Positions 35,118 through 43,552 of a stretch of DNA of 64,000 bases are shown one piece after another. The stretch spans positions 384,017 through 448,016 of the forward strand of contig CAWJEM010000024.1 in assembly GCA_963841905.1 (NCBI GenBank). The letters are read 5' to 3'. Source of the stretch: an uncultured Acidobacteriota bacterium. Its GTDB lineage: Bacteria > Acidobacteriota > Vicinamibacteria > Vicinamibacterales > UBA2999. Position numbers and translations under genes: made by a program. Positions within the stretch are counted from its first letter, which is position 1, and the number at the start of each line of letters is the position of its first letter. The notes below the pieces were generated by a model, which searched no databases, was not told the origin of the DNA, and was given only the letters and a program-made list of their open reading frames with translations.

Positions 35118-36104
35118 ATGCAACGCTTCCGTCTCCTGACCGAAGAACACGTCAAATCCTTGTTGCCGCTGCCGGAGCTGATAGCGGCCATGGAAGCCGC
35201 GGTCGCGCGGTTCTCGGCTGGCGAGGTGTTGCAGCCGGGACGCAGCGTGCTGACCGTTGGACCAACACGCGCCTTTTTCGGCCTGATGCCGGCCTACATC
35301 GAGCGACCCGCCCGGCTGGGTGCGAAGCTCGTCACGGTGTTCAATGAGAACCACGCGCGCGGGCTGCCGTCGCATCTGGCGACCATCGTGCTGCTCGATG
35401 CCGATACCGGCTCCCTCCTCTCGTTGATGGACGGGCGATATATCACCGAGATGCGGACGGCCGCCGTGTCGGCGGTCTCGGTTCGACACCTGTCCAGACC
35501 TGATGCCGGGACCGTGGCGATTCTCGGGAGCGGCGTCCAGGCGCGCAGCCACCTCCAAGCCTATGCTGAGGTACGCGCACTCAAGGAGGTGCGCGTCTGG
35601 TCCCCCAAAGCCGCCAGTCGCGATCGATTCGTCGCGGAAATGAGCGGCCATCCGTCAACGGCGATTCGCGCCGCCGAATCGGCGGAGAAAGCTGTTCGCG
35701 GAGCCGATCTCATAGTCCTTGCTACGTCGTCGGTGACACCGGTGATTGAGGCGGGCTGGGTCTCCGCCGGTTCGCACGTCGTCTCTGTCGGCGCCTGCCG
35801 ACCTGATCAGCGCGAGATGGCGCCAGACCTCGTGTCGCAGGGTCGGCTTTTCGTCGATTCCAAGGCTGCCGCGATGGTCGAGTCGGGTGACGTCGTCCTC
35901 GGGATCAACGAGGGGCGGTTCAGCCAGAGCCACGTGCTGGGCGAGCTCGGCGAAGTGGTGCTCGGCCGTATCGGCGGGCGAACGAGCGACAATGAGATCA
36001 CGATCTTCAAGTCGCTGGGGATGGCGGTTGAGGATGTGGTCTCGGCCGATCTCGTGTATCGGCGCGCGCTGGAAACCGGTGCCGGCACCGAGTTGATGTT
36101 GTGA
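35118..36104 (+). CDS. Ornithine cyclodeaminase / mu-crystallin family protein
   Basis: 328 aa with ...VAILGSGVQARSHLQAY... (Rossmann) and ...ITIFKSLGMAVEDV.... Confidence 0.85.
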   Translation: MQRFRLLTEEHVKSLLPLPELIAAMEAAVARFSAGEVLQPGRSVLTVGPTRAFFGLMPAYIERPARLGAKLVTVFNENHARGLPSHLATIVLLDADTGSLLSLMDGRYITEMRTAAVSAVSVRHLSRPDAGTVAILGSGVQARSHLQAYAEVRALKEVRVWSPKAASRDRFVAEMSGHPSTAIRAAESAEKAVRGADLIVLATSSVTPVIEAGWVSAGSHVVSVGACRPDQREMAPDLVSQGRLFVDSKAAAMVESGDVVLGINEGRFSQSHVLGELGEVVLGRIGGRTSDNEITIFKSLGMAVEDVVSADLVYRRALETGAGTELML

Positions 36105-37294
36105 TGCGAAAGGTTGCTTTCGTGGTCGGCGTCTGGCTCGTGGCCGTCGCGAGCGCGTCGCAGGCGGGCGCAAACCCGCAGTCTCAGGAGTTCGTGCGAC
36201 GCGCGTTCGATTTCGCTTACAACCTGGATCACCCCGAGGCAATTGATAGCCTCGAAAAGGCGCTCGCAGCCGATCCCAACGATCCGGATGCGCATCGGAC
36301 GGCTGCGGTCATCGCGTGGCTTCGCATCGGCTTCTTGCGCGGTTCGATCACGGTCGACGACTACCTCGGCAACGTTTCGAAACCAAACATCAATATGACG
36401 CCGCCCCCGGCGGACGAAGCCCAGCGGTTTCAGCGGCACTCCGCCCGCGCGTTGGAACTGGCCGAGGCCGCCATCAAGGCGCGGCCTCGAGATCCCGATG
36501 CGCTCTTTCGCCTAGGGTCGATCGTCGGCGTTCAGGCCTCTTACGGAGCAACGGTCGAGGGCAAGATCCTGTCATCTTTCAAGGCCGCAAGTCGCGCGTA
36601 CGATGCGCACGAGACGGTCCTGGAGGTGGATCCCTCTCGGAAGGACGCCGGTCTCATTGTCGGCACCTATCGCTACATCGTGTCCGCGCTGTCGATGCCG
36701 GTGCGTTTGATGGCCTACGTCGTGGGTTTTGGTGGCGACAAAGAGCGTGGTCTGCGGATGATCGAAGAGGCGGCCGCCTACCCAGGACTTACGCAGACAG
36801 ATGCGAAGTTCGCGTTGCTGCTTCTCTACAATCGCGAGCGACGCTTCGATGATGCCATGCGTGTCGTTCGGGAGCTGCAGAAGCAGTACCCTCGCAATCG
36901 TCAACTCTGGTACGAAGCCGGCGCAACCGAACTGCGAGCGAATCGTTATCGGGAGGCGGAGGCCGTCCTGGACGAAGGCATTCGACGCAAGGACTCGGAC
37001 CGTCGCGAACGGATGTTTGGCGAAGACGCGTTGTGGCACTACAAGCGGGGCGTGGCACGTGCGCGTCTTGGAAAGGCCGACCTCGCGCGAGAGGACCTGC
37101 AGATTCCGCTGGCCCGGGAGGCGCGCGACTGGGTGCGCGGCCGGGCCCATGCCGAGCTCGGCCAACTCGCGTTCCGGGCGGGCGACAGGGAACAGGCGCG
37201 ACGCGAGTATCGTCTTGCCATAGAGTTGGCCACGCGCGGCAACGATCCCTCGGGGAAAGCTGAAGCCGAAAGCCTACTGCGGCAGGTTCGATAA
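36101..37294 (+). CDS. TPR-repeat protein, secreted
   Basis: 397 aa. The start overlaps the previous stop (GTGATG). Signal peptide, then helical repeat pattern. Confidence 0.7.
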   Translation: MMRKVAFVVGVWLVAVASASQAGANPQSQEFVRRAFDFAYNLDHPEAIDSLEKALAADPNDPDAHRTAAVIAWLRIGFLRGSITVDDYLGNVSKPNINMTPPPADEAQRFQRHSARALELAEAAIKARPRDPDALFRLGSIVGVQASYGATVEGKILSSFKAASRAYDAHETVLEVDPSRKDAGLIVGTYRYIVSALSMPVRLMAYVVGFGGDKERGLRMIEEAAAYPGLTQTDAKFALLLLYNRERRFDDAMRVVRELQKQYPRNRQLWYEAGATELRANRYREAEAVLDEGIRRKDSDRRERMFGEDALWHYKRGVARARLGKADLAREDLQIPLAREARDWVRGRAHAELGQLAFRAGDREQARREYRLAIELATRGNDPSGKAEAESLLRQVR

Positions 37295-37298
37295 AACC

Positions 37299-37796
37299 AT
37301 GGCTCGTAGACGACGTTGGCCGTATGTCGTTCTGGGCATTGCCATTGTTCTCGTGTTTGTCGGCATCGGCGCCGTCATCGCGACGGTGGCCTGGTTCCAG
37401 GAGAACATGGAGGTGGCCTCGAGCACCCCGCGCGATGCCGAGGCCGAGTTCGATATCGTTCGGCAGAAGTTTGCTGGCCGCGAACCACTCCTCGAGCTGC
37501 ACGACGGAATACCGCGTTTCACGAAGGCGCGTGAAACCACGTCATCAGCCTCGAGCTCCCTCGAAACGCTCAACGTTCTCGTGTGGGATCCGGATGAAGA
37601 AAAAATCTTCCGCATTGGCCTTCCGTTTTGGCTGCTGCGACTGAAATCGGATCCCATCCGGTTCGGCGCCTACGCGTCAGGATTTGACGACGAAGGCGTT
37701 GTTCTGAGGCCCAGGGACATCGAGAAGTATGGCGCCGGCGTCATCCTCGACGGCACGTCCCCGGAGGGCGAGCGCATCTTGTTGTGGGCCCAGTAG
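37299..37796 (+). CDS. Hypothetical membrane-anchored protein
   Basis: 165 aa with the N-terminal TM WPYVVLGIAIVLVFVGIGAVIATVAWF. It begins 4 nt after the upstream stop. Confidence 0.55.
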   Translation: MARRRRWPYVVLGIAIVLVFVGIGAVIATVAWFQENMEVASSTPRDAEAEFDIVRQKFAGREPLLELHDGIPRFTKARETTSSASSSLETLNVLVWDPDEEKIFRIGLPFWLLRLKSDPIRFGAYASGFDDEGVVLRPRDIEKYGAGVILDGTSPEGERILLWAQ

Positions 37797-37805
37797 GTCG
37801 ACTCG

Positions 37806-37832
37806 GGTCAGGTCACGACAAACGACCTGACC
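37806..37832 (+). terminator. Hairpin after 37299..37796
   Basis: GGTCAGGTC-ACGACAAAC-GACCTGACC, a 9-bp stem with no U-tract. Confidence 0.3.
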
Positions 37833-37928
37833 GCAGGACACGTCACCCTCCGATTACGCCTTTCTGCGGCTCAGCCCGACGGCGCGCGGCTTGCAGTCCA
37901 CCCACATGCCTGCCTTCGGAGCGTCATC

Positions 37929-38324
37929 ATGACGAGTCATCGAGGAGTCCGACTGGCGGCTATCCTCCTGGCCTTCATCACGACTACCGCGTGCGGGTCG
38001 GTGTATACGCAGGGCCGGCCGCGGTATCCCAATTATCCGAACTATCCGAATTACCCGGGATCCCGAGGCGGTCGCGTGTCTCAGGATTTCGCCTACTCGC
38101 GCGGATACGACGACGGTTATCGACAAGGCCTGGATGCTGCGCGTGGCGGCGATCGGTACGACGTCCGTCGCGAGAGCTGGTATCGTAGCGGCGATCGCGG
38201 CTACGACCGACGCTACGGGCCGCGCACACAATACCGTCAGGTCTATCGCAGCGGGTTCAGCACCGGGTACGACGTCGGCTATCGCGACGGGCGCTATCGT
38301 GACGGACGCGGGCGGCGCTGGTAG
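37929..38324 (+). CDS. Hypothetical lipoprotein with Tyr/Arg/Gly/Asp-rich repeats
   Basis: Lipobox LAFITTTACGS, followed by PNYPNYPNYPG and repeated YD.GYR.G motifs. Confidence 0.55.
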   Translation: MTSHRGVRLAAILLAFITTTACGSVYTQGRPRYPNYPNYPNYPGSRGGRVSQDFAYSRGYDDGYRQGLDAARGGDRYDVRRESWYRSGDRGYDRRYGPRTQYRQVYRSGFSTGYDVGYRDGRYRDGRGRRW

Positions 38325-38330
38325 ACACGA

Positions 38331-38447
38331 AAGTTACAAGTTACAAGTTACAAGTTCCAAGTGGAGTTGGAAGTTCCGGGTATAGCTGCGGCGCCCTTGT
38401 GGCGCCGCAGTTTGTAACTTGCAACTTGTAACTTGTAACTTCTCAAC
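38331..38447. repeat. Nested hairpin: AAGTTAC heptamer arms around a 10-bp GC stem
   Basis: AAGTTAC x3, AAGTTCC ... CTGCGGCGCC-CTTGT-GGCGCCGCAG ... TGTAACT TGCAACT TGTAACT TGTAACT. It lies between stops at 38324 and 38443. Confidence 0.9.
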
Positions 38448-39876
38448 CTGGCAGCCGCAAGAATCTCTGGATCCTCGCGAACAGCGTGTCACGCACGGCG
38501 ACCTTGACTGGGGTGGCCGCCATGGCACGCGCGGAATCGAGCTCAGTGCGGCGGGTGGATACGACGCGACTGATGTGCTCGACCAGCCCCGGTCGCTCGA
38601 GCGCGATAGCACGGAAGCGCTCCGCCGGAATCTCCAGTGCCCTGACATCGTCAATGGCGCGAACCGTGGCCGTGCGCGGGTCGCCCGTCAGCATCGACAT
38701 CTCGCCAAAGAATCCTCCGCTCTCGATCGTCGCGACTTCCTGCCCCGAAGGCTCCAGGGTCACCCGCGCGCGGCCGGAAAGGACGACGTACATCGAGTCT
38801 CCGGCTTCGCCCTGGCGAACGATCGCTTCGCCGGCTGCAAAAATGTGCTCCTGAGCGGTTCGTGACAGCGTCAGACGCGCCTCGTCGGGCAGCGGAGAGA
38901 ACAGATCGATCCCGCCCAAGCGATTCGCTGCCGCACGCACGTCGCCCTCCGCCCGCAGCGGCAGCTCCTCGCGTGAGTACTCAATCTGGATCGGCCATGG
39001 GATCTCGATGTTCTTCCGCCGGAACGCGTACCAGATGCTGGTGCGGACTTGATCGCGCGCCTCGAGCTCGAGCGCGTAGTCCTCGATCCAGAACCAGATG
39101 CGGAACAGGAGCGCCGAGCCACCAAAGTCGTGCAGGAAGACCGCGGGCGCGGGTGTGCTCAGGACCAGTGGACATTGCCGCAGCGCCTCGGCTGCCGCGC
39201 TGCGCACTTCGTTGGGCGGCGTCATGTAGCTGGTGCCGACTTCGACGAACAATCGCGTCGGGACGGTTGGCTCGGAATGGTTGAGGATCGCCTCTTTCGA
39301 GATCAGGCCGTTCGGGACGATCAAGAACTGACCCGACTTGGTCAGAAGCTTCGTCGCTCGCCACGTGATCTCCTGGACCTGTCCCTCGTGGGCGCCAACC
39401 GCGATCCAGTGTCCGACCCGAAACGGCTTTTCGATCTGGATGGCCAGCCCCGAGAACAGATTGCCAAGCGTATCCTGCAGCGCAAAGCCAACCACTACTG
39501 CGCCGACCGCCGAGGTCGTCAGCAGCTGCTCCTTCATCAGGACAGTCGCCACAACCGTGAACAGCCCGATGAGGGTGACGTCCTGAACGATGGCTGGAAA
39601 GCGATCCGACGGCCGGTGCTCGCGCCAGGGATTGACCACCAGGGCGATCACGAGGTTGATGACGGCGAGGACGAACACCAGCCGCGCCAGCGCGGCGAGA
39701 ATCTCGACATCGCCGATGGCTTGCGTGACCGCGATCTCGAAGGCGACGAAGGCCAGCAGGAGCCAGGTCGAAAATCTCAGCCTGGATCGAACGAAACGGC
39801 TCGGGACTGCGACGAATAGCGCGAGCGTGATGATCAGTGCCACCACGCCGGCCAGCATCAGGGATGACGGAGACAT
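38443..39876 (-). CDS. MscS-family mechanosensitive channel with C-terminal cyclic-nucleotide-binding domain
   Basis: 477 aa with N-terminal TM helices, an MscS beta-domain, and a C-terminal CNBD ...GGFFGEMSMLTGDPRTATVRA.... Confidence 0.85.
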   Translation of the reverse strand: MSPSSLMLAGVVALIITLALFVAVPSRFVRSRLRFSTWLLLAFVAFEIAVTQAIGDVEILAALARLVFVLAVINLVIALVVNPWREHRPSDRFPAIVQDVTLIGLFTVVATVLMKEQLLTTSAVGAVVVGFALQDTLGNLFSGLAIQIEKPFRVGHWIAVGAHEGQVQEITWRATKLLTKSGQFLIVPNGLISKEAILNHSEPTVPTRLFVEVGTSYMTPPNEVRSAAAEALRQCPLVLSTPAPAVFLHDFGGSALLFRIWFWIEDYALELEARDQVRTSIWYAFRRKNIEIPWPIQIEYSREELPLRAEGDVRAAANRLGGIDLFSPLPDEARLTLSRTAQEHIFAAGEAIVRQGEAGDSMYVVLSGRARVTLEPSGQEVATIESGGFFGEMSMLTGDPRTATVRAIDDVRALEIPAERFRAIALERPGLVEHISRVVSTRRTELDSARAMAATPVKVAVRDTLFARIQRFLRLPG

Positions 39877-39884
39877 ACAGTCGT

Positions 39885-39989
39885 CAGTGACCAGTGACCA
39901 GTGCCGGTGCCGGTGGCCGGTCGCCAGTTGCCAGTCGCCGGCCCGAAGATAGAACGTCTCAGAACCGGGAACCGACCACTGGCAACCGG
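39885..39989. repeat. Short-unit tandem array with partial inverted partner
   Basis: CAGTGAC CAGTGAC CAGTGCC GGTGCC GGTGGCC GGTCGCC AGTTGCC AGTCGCC ... CCGACCACTGGCAACCGG. It lies between the start at 39876 and the stop at 39997 of same-strand genes. Confidence 0.8.
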
Positions 39990-39996
39990 AGACCTG

Positions 39997-41148
39997 CTAG
40001 GTGAGTCCCCCTTCTTTCTTGAACGCCGCGATATCCGCCGCGGTGATGGCTACCGCCACGGGCTTGGGATTCGGTCCGCCCTTCGCGTCGCGCTCCGGAT
40101 CGACTCCCCGGGCCGACTGCGCGGCACTGACCTGGGCCGACTTCTTCTCACCACCGCCACCGCCCGGCAGCATGCGTCCGAGCGAGCCGAAGCCTCGCTT
40201 CTGCGCCGCTGGCTCTTCTTTCTTCTCTTCGGGCTTGGCAGCCGGCTTCTCTTCGGCCTTGGCGGTGCTGCTGCCGGCGAGTCCCGCCGAACCGGCTTCA
40301 ACGACCGCGATGCTGGCCGCGGGCACCGGCTTGTAGGTAATGTTCTTGCTGTAGCGATCGGCGACAGTTGCTTTCCCGGCCAGCTTCTGCGACGTGATCT
40401 GTTTGGCCAGGCGATCGATCCGCTCTTTCATCGCCGGGTGTGATGCAAACAGCCCACGCTTTTCGGTTGCATCCTTGTTGCGCTCCTGGAGCCGAGTCAG
40501 AAAAGCACCCAGGCCCTGGGGCGCATAGCCGAGACGATTTGCAAGCGCGACACCCTTCTCGTCGCTCTCGTTCTCCTCGTCGCGCCCGAAACTGTTGTCG
40601 AGAATGCTCAGATAAATGTTGTCCACCACGCTATTGAAGAGAGCGGCGTTTCCGGACAGCGTCTCGTCGGCGCCCATCTGGATGGTCTTGTTCTTTTGAA
40701 TCGCCTTGATGGTGTGCCGCTCGGTGACGTGGATGATCTCGTGACCCAGCACGCCCGCCAGCTCCGCTTCGTCTTGAATGAGCGCCAAGGCACCGCGCGT
40801 GATGTGCACATAGCCACCAGGGGCCGCAAAGGCGTTGACCGCGTCAGTGTCGAGCACGATGAAGTTCCATGACAAGTTGGGCTTGGTACTGACCTGCGTC
40901 ATCGCAGTCCCCACGAGGGCAACGTAGCGATGGACGTTGGCGTCCTGGACCACACCATATCGGGTGCGGACGCGTTCGCTGACCGCCGTTCCAAGCTGCT
41001 GCTCCTCTGCCTCGCTCATGTGGAGTTCGCTGAGCTGCTGCGCGCGCTTGACCACGCCACCGATCTTGCCGAGCTGACTGGCGTCGTCTGCCCAGGCAGA
41101 CGCTGACAAGCCGACGCAAAGGGTTACCCCCACCAAAACTCGTCTCAT
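39997..41148 (-). CDS. M48 family metallopeptidase
   Basis: 383 aa with a signal peptide, HEIIH zinc motif (VLGHEIIHVTERH) and a Lys/Pro/Ala-rich tail. Confidence 0.8.
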   Translation of the reverse strand: MRRVLVGVTLCVGLSASAWADDASQLGKIGGVVKRAQQLSELHMSEAEEQQLGTAVSERVRTRYGVVQDANVHRYVALVGTAMTQVSTKPNLSWNFIVLDTDAVNAFAAPGGYVHITRGALALIQDEAELAGVLGHEIIHVTERHTIKAIQKNKTIQMGADETLSGNAALFNSVVDNIYLSILDNSFGRDEENESDEKGVALANRLGYAPQGLGAFLTRLQERNKDATEKRGLFASHPAMKERIDRLAKQITSQKLAGKATVADRYSKNITYKPVPAASIAVVEAGSAGLAGSSTAKAEEKPAAKPEEKKEEPAAQKRGFGSLGRMLPGGGGGEKKSAQVSAAQSARGVDPERDAKGGPNPKPVAVAITAADIAAFKKEGGLT

Positions 41149-43164
41149 GATCTCTTGACCTCGTAGATTGCAACCGGCTGCGACTTCCCTTTCACGACGA
41201 CCTCGCCCAGCGGACGAATATCATAGCGTCCTTTGAGCGCCTCTCGCGTGGCCTCGCTGATGATGATTCGCGAGCCATAGTCCTTGTTCAACGACTCGAG
41301 CCGCGCACCCAGATTGACGGTGTCTCCGATGACGGTGTAACTCATGATCGTGTCGGAACCGATGTTCCCTGCCACCATGTCGCCGGTGGAGATACCGATC
41401 CCGATGTCCAGACGTGGGCGTCCGGCCGCCTCCCATTCCGCGTTGAGCTCATCCAGCTCTCGGGTCATGGCGAGCGCCGCCTGCACGGCATGCTCGGCGT
41501 GATCGTCGTCGTCCAGCGGCGCGCCGAACAGGCCCATCACCATGTCCCCCACGAACTTATCGAGCGTCCCCCGGTGCTCGAACAGGATCCGCACCATTCG
41601 CGAAAAGTACTCGTTGAGGAGGCTCACGACCTGTTCGGGCGCCACCTTCTCCGACATCGCGGTAAAACCGCGCACATCCGAGAACAACACGGTCATTCTG
41701 CGACGTCGGCCACCCAGCGCCGCACGGGCCGGGTCGTCCATCAATTGCTCGTAGACGTCCTTCGGCACGTAACGCGAGAACAGCTTCTTGACCTGCCGCT
41801 TCTCACGGCCCTCGACGAAGTATTGCCACGCGAGTTGACCGACAAACGTCAGACCCACGGCCACCAACGGCAGGACCAATGGCGTCCAGACCCCGCCCGC
41901 GAACCACTGCAGGCTGGACCAGATGATGGCGCCCACCACGGCTGTCGTGACGCCGGCCAGGATCCACGGACTGACGACAGCCCCCGCAAGCCCGATGGTC
42001 AGCGCGCTGGCGAACGTCGCGACAAGCCCGCCAGGAAGCAATGCGAACTGCTCGAGCGTCCGTGCGCGAAGGAGCGCGTCGATGGCGTTGGCGTGGATCT
42101 CTGCCCCGGGTAACGGGGTGCCGAACGGCGTTGTGAAGACGTCGTACGTGCCTGAAGCGCTCGCGCCCACGATGACGATGCGATCCTTGAAGATAGACGG
42201 ATCGACGTCCGGTTTTTCCCCCTGGAGCAGCTGAATCTCCGAACGGAACAAGTCGTAAAACGATCGTCCCTCGAACGTCGTCACGCCGTCCGGCGTGACG
42301 TTTGGACCACGAAATGGAATCAGGATGCGACACGCCCGGGTGGACGCCCCGTAATAGTCGGGGACGCTTTGCTCCACGAGTGGGATCGCCGTTGACCCGA
42401 TCGTCAAGACACCTGGGGATCCGGAGACAGCGGCGGCGTCGAGGTTCTGCGCGAGGAGCGCCGTCGCAACCGAGAGCGACGGGACATCTCGCCCGGCAAC
42501 ATGAACAAAGGGAACCATTCGACGCGCGGGTCCATCAGCATCGACGACGCCGAAGGAGTGCCCAATCGCCCGCGCGGCTTTGGCAAGAATATCGATGGGC
42601 GGAATCAGTTGCGGCCGCGCCTCGACACAGTCGCCGGCCTTGAACGGTTGACTGAGCGAGGGAATCCCGTCGAGCGGCACATGCAACGCCTTCGAGGGAT
42701 CGAGCAGCTCTTCGGCCGCGGCATCTGCCGCGAGAATGACGTTGTCGGATTTCCTGATCGCATCCGCCAGCGCCTGGTCCGATTCGGTGCCGGTCCACTC
42801 TTCATCACCGATCGTGAAGCGGCGCAGATCCGGCTCGGTGAACAGAACGTCGTAGACCACAAGCTTCGCTGGCGCACGAGCGAGAAAGTCGAGCAGCGTG
42901 GCGTGCGCCAGTCGCGGCCATGGCCACCGCCCGACGATGCCCGCCATCCGACGGACGCTGTCGTCGTCGATTGAAACCACTACGATGTCGGGACTTGGGG
43001 CGGTTGGCTGTGCCGTGCGGCGGACGCGCCAGTCGTAGGTGGCGAGCTCGGCGCGTTCCAGCAGCCAGCTCGACATCCCCCACGCCACGAGCGTCGCAAC
43101 CGCCGCTATTGCAGCCCCGATAGCCTAGCTTGCCGAGCAGACCACGGCGGGCGGCATCGAACAT
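41145..43164 (-). pseudogene. CHASE2 sensor adenylate/guanylate cyclase with the frame broken near the 5' end
   Basis: ORF 41145..43088 carries the CHASE2 domain (IVVVSIDDDSVRRMAGIVGRWPWPR) and a class III cyclase (MTVLFSDVRGFTAMSE). The true N-terminus MFDAARRGLLGKL|AIGAAIAAVATLVAWG is recovered if one extra base at about 43125 is removed. Its stop overlaps the M48 start (ATGA). Confidence 0.85.
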
Positions 43165-43245
43165 CAAACGCACCCCGACGAGACGGGGCGGGCGGGCTCG
43201 GCGAGCATCGATGTCGAGTATACGGGAGGGGTCGAAGCTCCCCAG

Positions 43246-43311
43246 GAATACAATTACTGCATGCCCCGAGCGGCGACGACGAGCGACGTCTTCAACGCCG
43301 TCGCAGAAGCC
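43246..43311 (+). repeat. 66-bp direct repeat, copy A (arsR -10 box plus first 17 codons)
   Basis: 63 of 66 bases are identical to 47065-47130. It opens a 35-codon dead-end ORF, MPRAATTSDVFNAVAEA|DVARRND... Confidence 0.9.
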
Positions 43312-43413
43312 GATGTTGCCCGTAGGAATGACGCACGGCTGTCACGGTGGTCGCGCCGACCTTGACCGTCCGAGGTCGCGTCAGGCTCGACTCGGCGTTG
43401 GCGTTTCGGAATC

Positions 43414-43524
43414 TCAGTAGACGAGAGTAGGGCCCCGGGAAACGCCAAACATCCAGAACGCCAACACAATTGCCACTACCACGGCGGCTCGGAGAATGAT
43501 CTTCTCGCGTGTTGAAATTCGCAT
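43414..43524 (-). CDS. Candidate 36-aa single-pass membrane peptide
   Basis: MRISTREKIILRAAVVVAIVLAFWMFGVSRGPTLVY*. It begins 29 nt after the kinase stop. The RBS is weak. Confidence 0.25.
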   Translation of the reverse strand: MRISTREKIILRAAVVVAIVLAFWMFGVSRGPTLVY

Positions 43525-43552
43525 ACCTGCCCCAGAACGGAGCGGATCGCCA

